DNA from: Trichoplax sp. H2
Lineage: Eukaryota
DNA: 64,000 bases
Direction: 5' to 3'
NCBI GenBank assembly: GCA_003344405.1
Contig: NOWV01000011.1
Span: 310,001 to 374,000, forward strand
Position 1 is the stretch's first letter, and every line of letters begins with the position of its first letter. Positions 1 to 10,400 of this stretch are shown in pieces. The notes beneath the pieces were generated by a model, which was given only the letters and a program-made list of their open reading frames with translations, had not been told where the DNA came from and searched no databases. A program made the position numbers and the translations under genes.

Positions 1-42
1 ATCTATCCATTGTCTATAGCATAAATCAGCACATATACACGT

Positions 43-849
43 ATATAATGAGTAGATATATAGGTAATGTTAATAAATCTTCTGCAGCACTACAAATATT
101 AAGACTTTCAATATGTGTCAACAGGCCTGTAGTAAAATATATATTTACTCGTATAAGAAGTACAATCAATTGATTAATCAATTAAAAAGAGACTTTTTCA
201 TATAAAAAACTTAATTACTTTATCTCATCTTCAGATGCGGTTACTCTCTCATTCTCATCAACATCGCCATCTACAAAAAAATTGGTCTTGGTAACCTTCC
301 TTCGTTTTGGAGTCTAAATATTGGGTAATAAATAGAAGCAACGGCTTTATCAATTCATATTAAATGATCTTTCTGTCAACTAGCACTAACTAATTTATAT
401 TTGATAAATACGTAAATCAATTCAAATGGTAGTATATCCATGCCGACATTAGTTACAAGAAAGAACTTATTGAGTATCATTTTACTGAACTCCAAACGTA
501 AACATTGCATATTATAAATTGTCTTGTCCAGCATGGAGACATATTTAAATTAGAGTATAGTGAAAAGATGAGTCCTTATATCGACTTAAGATGTAGTAAA
601 CAACTATAAAGATATGCAGTATTCGTATCTAACCAATATAGGGTAAAAATTGACTTTACTATAGAAATATGCCATGTTGGTAAAATCGACTATTTTACAA
701 TAAGAATATGAATATCCTGTAAAAAAGATTTAAGATAATATTGAAAATTATAAAAATTATACAACACTTACCCGCGTTTTAGACTGCCTTCCTTTATTAG
801 CGGCAGGATTGCCCGGTGAAGTACTTTTCCTTTTACGTAAAGTAGGCAT
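43..849 (-). CDS. 5' part of an unidentified gene with a basic, NLS-like N-terminus; probably continues past the left edge
   Basis: ATG at 849. Exon 849-772 (MPTLRKRKSTSPGNPAANKGRQSKTR) ends at a GTAAG donor. Exon 313-219 (TPKRRKVTKTNFFVDGDVDENERVTASEDEI) lies between TTTAG and GTAA and is in frame. A possible third exon starts at 89 (AAEDLLTLP...). Family not recognised. Confidence 0.5.
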
Positions 850-909
850 GGAGAACTGAGGTGGTGGTGGTGGTGGTCAATGGATATCTATGGAACATGA
901 ATTGTAAAA

Positions 910-1365
910 AATCACTATTCATTACAGTAACGTACGAGCGTTGCGTATGGAGAGAATTAGCAACTAAAAAAATAATTCGAACTATCTCAGTGTTCCATTT
1001 ATCTACGATCAACACAGACTAGGTAACATTGTAACGCATGGTAACCATACTATAACTTGTGGAATGATATATTACGTATATCATTTGAAGGTATCATTTA
1101 GCATTTCCTCTTACTCGTACAGTATTTAGAATACCAAAAACGAATCACTGTCCATTACAGTAATATACTATACTCACATAGCTTGAGAAAAGAATGAAGA
1201 AATGAAAATTAATTTGAACTATTTCAAAGTTCCATTTTATCTACAATCAATACAGAATAAGCGGCATTGCCATGCCATGCATGGTAGCAATGCTGAAGTT
1301 TGCGGAATAGCATAGTGTATTATTTGAAGTGTCATTTAGCATTTCCTATTCTTGGTACGGTATTT
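910..1365. repeat. Diverged tandem duplication, 2 x ~230 bp
   Basis: Copies 910-1127 and 1143-1365 share colinear blocks AATCACT..CATTACAGTAA, GAACTAT..GTTCCATTT.ATCTAC.ATCAA, GCATGGTA and ATTTGAAG..TCATTTAGCATTTCCT. Confidence 0.75.
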
Positions 1366-2119
1366 TTAGTTCCTATCCATGTTACTGAAATAGATAATCA
1401 GCCAACAGAATGCAACCACTACAATGTCGTAACATGAATACTAATAACCGAGTGGATGCAACTGTCATAAACTGTATCTTTCACTCTTTTCCACTGTCAA
1501 GGAGAATATCAAAGTATAAATCCATTTGTATCTTCCACGCGGGCAAGTACAGTATTGAATGTCAGTGAATGTATAGTAGTCCTGGATAAAGCGTCTCTCT
1601 TCTATCCTACAGTATTTCCCGCCGTAGACGAGTTGCTATCCAATTTCTAATTGTTCATAATAGTCTATTGGCCAACTTTAACCAAAGAGTAAAGTAATTC
1701 TACTTGTCTAGTTTACTCTTAATCCATGTAGACTACCATAGCCACTCTTTCTACATTGTAAAGTGTGTAATAAAAGCAAGCCTAATGCTGTACAGTGCAT
1801 AAAATAGAACATACAACTATGAGATCTTTCAATAGACTGTGTACAAAAGTGCACTCATTTTGCCACCAATTCAACAACAACATTTGCCATTCTCAATTTG
1901 CTGTCATTACGTCTACCTCATACCAGTATAAAGAGCTAGTTATTTTTCAAGGGTATTTCAATCAGCTTTTAATCCTAAGCCTAGAAACTTACCGAAATTG
2001 CGACCAGCAACAGTAACAGTGAATGCAGGTTGATTTGGGCTGGAAATTGCAACAACGTCTGTGATAGAGGAAAGTGAAATGCAAGAAGCGCTGAGTGCCT
2101 TAAATGGCAAATAGCTTCA

Positions 2120-2525
2120 ATACAGTGCTATTCACCAATCAGACTGGAGTGTACTGTATCGTGTAGTAGTATTCAACATATACTGTACCCTGGCAGATCG
2201 CGCTACAGTACCTATATCAAGATTCTTGCCATCAACACCAGCACGTTGCATTCACTCACTTGCAAGTTGTAACGCGTTACGAGACCTGGACGTAAACCGT
2301 ACAATACCAAAGGCTACTGGAAATACCAAGTACTGTACACTGTACACTGTAGCTTCCGGGAGTCCTTGACACTACTGTCCACAGTGTACAGTATAGTACA
2401 AGGAATACAGTATATAGTACTGGTCCGGATCGGTCATGGCCTTCTGAATCCTTTGCAACTGTACCGCACAGTACAGTACTGTACGGTACAGTATGTACTG
2501 TAGACGTACTACTGTAGTACTGTAG
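2120..2525. repeat. Degenerate TACAG/CTGTA pentamer array in both orientations
   Basis: For example ACTGTACCGCACAGTACAGTACTGTACGGTACAGTATGTACTGTAG at ~2458-2503, plus many TACTGTA/TACAGTA words. Confidence 0.8.
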
Positions 2526-2552
2526 CTCATGTTCTAGCAAGCCAAAGTTATA

Positions 2553-2581
2553 CCGCGCATGCCTTTCGAATTTTCGCGCCA
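2553..2581. promoter_or_regulatory. Putative promoter motifs: NRF1-like GCGCATGC and E2F-like TTTTCGCGCC
   Basis: GCGCATGC at 2555-2562 and TTTTCGCGCC at 2571-2580, in a local CpG-rich patch next to the pentamer array and upstream of the minus-strand gene. Confidence 0.45.
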
Positions 2582-2649
2582 GAATCGTGCAAATCCCACT
2601 TGGAGACTACTAAGTTACTACGAAAGGAAGAGAGAATACTGGACAGCAT

Positions 2650-4800
2650 CATGGACCCCTCGAAGGAGACCTAATGGGCTATGAATGCATGCACCGCTTG
2701 AAAGAGGACTATTTTGAATAATATATCGTAGAACATATACACACTATATTATTACCATACTAGTCGAACCCTCTGCTCGTGATACTTCGCATACGTGTTA
2801 ACTGAGTAGACTATTTCCCCAAGCTGAAGCTACTAGATCGAACATTGTCTCGTACTTGTCGCAGCCCGTACATGACGAATAGAAGTCCTCCAATACGTCC
2901 ATAGAAAATATGCAAGCTACTGCATCTAACATTGTCACATCACTAGATGGGATAGGAAATCGAGCAGTCCATGCCACTAATAAGCTGCTGGCTGCAATCA
3001 GGCAAGAAATGAAGGCATTGTATAACCCAGCACCGTGTTTAGTAGCGCGTAAAATTCAAATTAGAGCGCAATCAAATACTCAAATACTGTTGAATGCGCC
3101 TGCATTTCTCCTAAAACAACGAGATTGAAGACTCTAGATAAATGCAAGATCCAGCGGTTCTCTCAGTACCACAGTATTTCGTGAATCAGCTGCTGCGATC
3201 TGACGTATACCTACACGATGTTGCTTAGTCTGAAACCAAGGACTTCTAAAAAGAAAATCTTAAAGAAGGTCCAGTCCTGCTGAATCACTTTGCTGCGTCA
3301 TGGTCTCAGGGATTGTTAACCATCGTATACTGGAATACCCATGCCCAATTGCCCATGTACAGAAAGTAAATTAAGTCATCGATTACTAAAAGAACACCGG
3401 TATTCTTCTAGTAGTCCATGACTACTGTATGTATACCCTTAATTGGCTGCTTCTGGTTCAAAATATTGAAAATCTTGCAATATTAATAATAGCTCTTTCC
3501 CTTCATCGAGCAAAGTAGACTTTACTATCAATGATTGCTATTCTGTGCTCTACTACAGACAACACTTACTCAACGATCATAATACTCGCCAACGTTGAAG
3601 ATGCTCAGAGTCTCAAAACGTATCTGCAAGCTGCATTACAGCTGCAAAGAAAAAAATAATAGACCAGCATGGCATCACATTCACCAAATTTGCAATCTTA
3701 ACGAACACCACAGATTATGGTAATACGACATCATACTGGACATTATTATACACCGGTCATAGCATAGTACAACATTTCATCTAATAGAAACTTTTGCATA
3801 AATCTTGAATTCAAATGACTCCATACCTTAATTAACATAGAGTGAAGAATGGATCGTGACATATACATGTCGCAATAGCAGACATGCTATTGCAAATGTT
3901 AAATGATGCTTCTCTTATTAAATTAGATTGATTTCAATCGCCAAATATCACCCTTGTAAGTCGATTACACATACAACGCATACTAGAATTTCAATATCAA
4001 ATCCTATAGTGTTTAATAATTAATTGACCAATATTCAGCGTGAAGTATGACTCGTAGATCAGTTGGTATTAGCATCGGTTTTATTCGATCTTACCAGAAC
4101 TAATGATAATTATAATTACAAGATGCTCAATTCTCAAATATACGCTTATAACGCATAAGAAGTTCATCCTATAATAATCATGACGTCAATCGAAATACTG
4201 TACAGGGATTCCAGAAGTTGGATATTATTTGCTTTCGGCAATCTGGAGGGTGCCATTATTCTTGCCTAACGTGATTGGAAAATTATTATCACACATCGTC
4301 AAGGCAAATATTTAATTCACGCTATGTCGTCTTAGAACTTTGAACGCCTCCATTAATTGGTTGATTATAAAATCAATAGATAGATACACTGATAAACTAT
4401 AGATGAAGCCATGTAAGATCGTATGAATTTTACAGTATACCCAGGGTATTAATGAATTAAGAATCAATATCAATTAGCTTCTTGCTGGCATCAAAGAAGA
4501 ATCATTACTTTATAACTTCTTAGTCATCCGTTTAATTTTACTCAATAAAGCCGATAAATTAATCCCAACAGTATTATGACATCCATCTCTGTTAAGCATA
4601 ATATCTGTATTGTATTGCTCCTCTCTCTGTTATTACAAGGACTACTAGCTGAAGAGTTGACGCTTATACCCACTCTAAAAGAACACCTTCCTTTTTCTAC
4701 CGTCTGATTGTTATCACTAATTTCCGCCCTGAAGAAATGAGCGCATATTCATGTAAAGTATTTCGATAGTTATTTGGTAGCAATTCTGAAAACAAGGTAG
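2650..4800 (+). pseudogene. Possible decayed coding sequence of unknown family
   Basis: Less AT-rich than background, with protein-like frames broken by stops (..QAEATRSNIVSYLSQPVHDE*KSSNTSIENMQATASNIVTSL..; ..IIILANVEDAQSLKTYLQAALQ..; LLAGIKEESLLYNFL) and AG/GT-bounded blocks. No family recognised. Confidence 0.25.
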
Positions 4801-5338
4801 GAAATCCCTATATTCATCTTCATATTTGCAAAAATTGACTAAAATGATACTCAATGTATAGGAATTGAATAAAAATGCATATGTTTACAATATACTCATC
4901 AACTCCTTATATTACCGTACTTTTGAACTCTGCCTATAAAATAAATAAATTTTCGGGCGAGTATCAACAAAACATCCCTCCAGGTCTACCTTTTAGACTC
5001 ATCAATTACATATTTAAGAATTTAGTCATTGTAAAATGCTAAATTCAAACCTATTTTAAAAATTGCTGATTGTAGGAATGTCTGTCCCCCTATGAATTGT
5101 ACACAATATGCGTATATACTCGAGTATCTTTGTATATGTCATATACAAAACTAGAAGGCCACAGAATACCTAGCGAAGGACAGATGTAGCGTAGCACACC
5201 CTATAAATTCTGTATAATTCGAGATGATAATGTAATACATTCCAACTGAAACAGTATAAAATAATTCTGATTGCGACACTGTTACACAAGGAATAATTTT
5301 CTTGTTAACCTTAAAAGAAAAATTTCTATGCCACTTCC

Positions 5339-5667
5339 GAACAGAGTCCAGACCGTTGCACGGGTCAACCTAACCCGCGGGTCAATCCGTTCATTTTGTA
5401 CCCGTGACGTCACGGGTTGTCCATGAGTCTGTTCTACAGTACAAACTTTGACGATAATAAAAAAAGAAAAAATAAGTGATTTAGCCATGGATTTACAAGG
5501 TATAATAGGGTCAGTAAAATGGATAACATAGGCTTTTGACTGCGGGTCAACGACAGGTACTGGAAGAACGCAAGGATTGGGTTGCAGCGAAGCCAATGAC
5601 GTCACGGGTCGAAAGTGGATCACCCGATTTTTCTGTTGCTGTTACGGGCAATGTATACAATGCCCGA
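5339..5667. repeat. CGGGT/ACCCG motif island with palindromes (regulatory cluster or transposon-end remnant)
   Basis: About 10 CGGG(T/C) or (A/G)CCCG words in ~310 bp. Perfect 18-bp palindrome ACCCGTGACGTCACGGGT at 5400-5417. Second TGACGTCA at 5597-5604. Confidence 0.6.
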
Positions 5668-7409
5668 GAAGTATATGATATAATTTAATAATTCATATAT
5701 ATAATTATTGATTGATTAGTGCTGAAAAAAAGTTAATATAATGTCCGTCTTAAATATGTGGTAAATACAATGCAAATTAGTAAAAAATAATTTGAACTAT
5801 TAACTCGGTATACCGCTTGTGGTCGTTGGGAGATCACATTATGCTTTATCATTACTGATACCGTTCTCCAGTTGTATTTAATCATATCTTAAAAAGCCAT
5901 TTTCACAAGAATAATAATTTCATCAATTAACTCACATACAAATATACCGAACTGATTCGAAGTATCAATATGAAATATCACTCAAATAATAACACATATA
6001 ATCGGTCGAAGATCTACTGCAGGGCTCCGATTTTACTTCGGACACAATTCAGAACGTACCGACATAGCATTCCAATTCGATATATAGGTAAAAGTATGCA
6101 AACCTGTCGGATGCCCGATCTGGTGAAAGTAATATTTTACTTTTGCAACTCAGCCTATCAGCAATTTCCTAATCCAAATTACAACTCTAGATTAATTTTG
6201 ATTACGTCGATTGCATTACTATATGAGTTGTATCTGTACTATCTATAGCGAAGAAAGTAAATATAATGTATCATTATAATTATTGATTGTACAGAGCTGC
6301 AGTAGTTTACATTCACTATGTCCGTTGCCAGATATTTCACATAGATAACGATAAGCCGAATTCTTTATTATGCGAATGTTTTATTTGTTGATGGTCACGT
6401 AAAGAATATGGTACAGTAAAACTTAAAACTGATGATGGTATTTAGCAGTCTTGGCACACTGTAGTGCACGATATACGCGTATATACAGTCTACTATGCCA
6501 ATATACGGTAAATATCTAATAGTTTTTTATATTGCCTTATAAATAAAAGTTTTAGATTTTAGCTAAAAAATTCTATTCCATTGCAAATATATAGATCTAA
6601 GATTGTAATTTGTTATGAAATGAAAAGAATAGGATTTTTCTGTCTTAGCGTTCACGATATAAACTTTTCTAAGTGGATTCGCAACCTTATTTTATATTTT
6701 ACGATTAAAATCTCGTGCATAGGTATTGACTAAAAAATTAGTATGAAAGAATAGTTAGTATACACTACCGGTATACGATATAAAAAATCTCATAAATAGA
6801 GACTCCAGTAGTAAACTCTTTTCAACGAGAATAAATATTTGATACCTGTTAAGTATACGGTCAATTCACTTAATATCAGCAGGAAAATATGGTAGACAAT
6901 ACTTTCAACAATATTTTTAACATAAGTACGATACATAAATTCACGTTCTTATAAGTATATTTATAACGCTACTAATACAGGCGAAAACGAAGAAAATGAC
7001 AATCTTACATTCTAAGAAACAGGCCAAAACTAATACAAAATTACGCCCAAAGATATGCAAATAAAGTTATAACACACGATGATTGCATTAGGTGTTGATG
7101 TATGATTGCCCCAAATAAATCGATAACAAATTGTGCGATGTGTTTTTTTAACCTAAACCAGTACTAAGACATAGGTTCAAAGTTTAATAAAAATTAGTAA
7201 AATAAACAAGAGCTATTTCCCCGTGACTTTAAAGACAGTTTAATATCTCTCAACTCCAGTATATTGTAACATTCCACTACGATGTAGTAGATAAATAAAC
7301 AACTATGTCTCGTACCTGTCACGCCGGAATGCGTTATGACAGTTGAAGAGTTAACAAAAAGGATTGACATCAAATTATCTGTTTTAGTTTGAAATTGGAA
7401 TTGGTATCG

Positions 7410-10400
7410 ATGGAGTCAAAGATGAGAACCTTTGCTCTAGTCGCTGCCATTGTCGTCTGCGTATTAGCCCATGTTACCTGCGGCCAAAAGAATACTAACG
7501 AAGCTGAAGCAATCGCTTTCTTAAGTCGATTCAATCATAGCCATACCTTATATCGCCATAATTCATCTAAAGCTGGCTATGCCTATGGCTCTGATATTAA
7601 TCCAACCACTGAAAAAGCTAGCATTGATGCTAGTTTGGCGTTAGCCGAGTTTTTAAGTCGGTCTAAGAAAGAAGCTGAATCTTTTGACACCACCAATATG
7701 AGCGCTGATGTTAAAAGGCAGTTTTTTTTCTTGACCCTTGACGACTCTCCAAAGGATTCCACAAAGTTACAGGAACTATTAGCTACTATTGCAAAAATGG
7801 AATCAACTTATAGTAAAGGCCAAGTATGTAATAAAACTCGCTGCTATGTCCTTAATCCTGACCTTTATAGCATCATCGGTAAATCTAGAAACTACGACGA
7901 ATTAGTATTCGCTTGGAAGGGATGGCGTGATTCAGTTGGACGCAATGTTAAGCGTGATTATATGAAATATGTCGAAATATCCAATATTGGTGCTACTGAT
8001 AATAATTATGCTGATGAAGGCGCCTACTGGAGAGTGCAATACGAATTACCCGATGAACAATTTTTTGCTGAATTAGAAAAATTATGGACACAAATGAAAC
8101 CATTTTATGAGCAGTTGCACGGGTATATTCGTGGTAAATTGAGGCAGAAATATGGCAAAGATAAAATTTCTGAAGATGGCCCAATACCAGCTCATCTATT
8201 GGGCAACATGTGGGCACAATCGTGGGAAAATCTCTACGATATGGTTGTTCCTTATCCCAATCAACCCATCGTTGATGTTACTTCTGAGATGGTGCGACAA
8301 AACTATACCGTATTGAAAATGTTTGAATTGTCAGAAGAATTCTTTTTATCCATTGGAATGAAAAAATTACCTGAGATCTTTTGGAGGAATTCTATCATTG
8401 AAAAGAGGAAAGACGTTGCTATGACTTGTCATGCTTCCGCATGGGATTTATCTATCGATTACGACGTTAGGTAAGCACAATATCGAATTTAATTATTTTC
8501 TATGTTACAAAATGCCAATTGCCATAATTCTTAATATTCCAGCTGTACATGCTGACACATTTCATTACGATAGTACGTGAAACTCTTCCATTTCAGTGTT
8601 CTTAACAGTTGATCCCTTGTAGAAACTGATAAACTAATAATCGTATAACTTGCTTTAGCTTTTCTCTGCATATACGAAATTTATATTTTTCTTGTAGTTG
8701 ATCTTGATCTGGTTTACATTTTCTAGAGTAAAGATGTGCACTAACATCAATCAAGGTGATTTGATAACAGTACATCACGAATTAGGCCATATCCAATACT
8801 ATCTTCAATATTGGGATCAACCTAGTGTGTATAGAAGAGGAGCCAATCCTGGTTTCCATGAAGCCGTTGGTGATACCCTTTCTCTGTCAGTAGTAACACC
8901 CAAGCATTTACAAAACATTGGATTACTTAAACAAGTTAGCAGCTCTAACGGTAGGCAAAATCATGGTCTTATATCCTCAGTTTTAATCAGATAATGTACA
9001 TAAATTTATTAAGTCGCTATTAACGTTGTGCGCAAGGTTATTTTTGCACTACCGTTGTTAATTTGAATTTTGATAATTAAAGTACTATGCTTGATATTAT
9101 TTTTCTTCCCCGAAAATTATATCATTAATTAAATATATCTGAATTGTATTCATACCCCAATTATCTGCAACAACAGAGGCCGACATTAACTACTTATTAT
9201 CGCAAGCTCTGGATAAGATTGCTTTTATTCCATTTGGCTACTTAATGGATCAATGGAGGTGGAAAGTCTTCTCCGGCGAAATTATCCCAACCGATTATAA
9301 TTACAACTGGTGGGAGCTACGGAATAAATACCAAGGAATTGTTCCACCTGAACTTCGTAGCGAAATTGATTTCGATCCAGGCGCAAAATATCATATTCCT
9401 GCCAGTGTACCTTATATCAGGTAATTATTGTGTAGAACCATACGACAACCAAATATTCAATAGTAATTAATTCCGTATTTATTTCTCCCATCGTCTTTAA
9501 ATTCGCATTAATGTCGCGATAAGAGTTGCTTAAGATCATGATAACTAATCCAAAAATTTCAATATTAATAGATATTTCGTTAGCTACATCCTCCAATTTC
9601 AATTCCAGCGATCGCTTTGTCAAGCTGCAAACAAAACCAATGAACCTTTATATCTTTGTTCTATTTATCAATCTCAAGAAGCTGGTGAAAAATTAAGGTT
9701 AAACAAATAATTATACTGCATAAAGGAACTTATAGCATTTATTGATTTATTAATTTAACACCATATCCCTTGATCTGCTATAGCCATTACATTTATAATC
9801 CTCTTGCAATCTCATATTTATTCATGAACTTAATAATTCTTGGATATTTGTATAGTGAAATGTTGTCGCTTGGAAGAAGCAAACCATGGCCAGAAGTATT
9901 GAAAGCTCTTACCGGTGGTACTGGTATGGATGCTACAGCAATCATCGATTACTTTAAACCATTAAATGACTGGTTGACGAAATATAATAAGGATAATAAC
10001 TTCAAAGTTGGCTGGGCCGGAAACGGTGAGTAGCGACACAGAGTAAAATGATTTTATGTACTTAATTTCAAAAGTTTCTCTAATGCTACTATACCATAAT
10101 TTATATTAAAGTAAGCAAATAACATTTTTTATACCCGTATCTCAAAATTCTCTTATTAAGCATGATTTTATAATGTACTGTTCAACTACTGTAGGTACTG
10201 TCAAACAGCAAGCTATTAAGTTCGTCATGTGGTATCAACATGAAGCTGAAAAGATTTATCATAAGAATACTTGGTATCAATGGAACTACAGCACAAATTT
10301 AACATCTCATAATGCCAAACTCTCTGCTGAGAGCTCTATTAACACAACCGCCGCCATTGTAGCTTTAAGAAGAAAGGGACACAGTTTACAGAATGTATCG

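Noticed and set aside
2277-2540. ORFs rich in STVLYCTV-type peptides (also 24988-25288 and 36609-37041)
   Set aside because: They are translation artefacts of the TACAG/CTGTA arrays; the same peptides appear in several frames and on both strands.
5282-5623. 113-aa minus-strand ORF
   Set aside because: Non-ATG start and no recognisable domain; its openness is explained by the GC-rich motif island.
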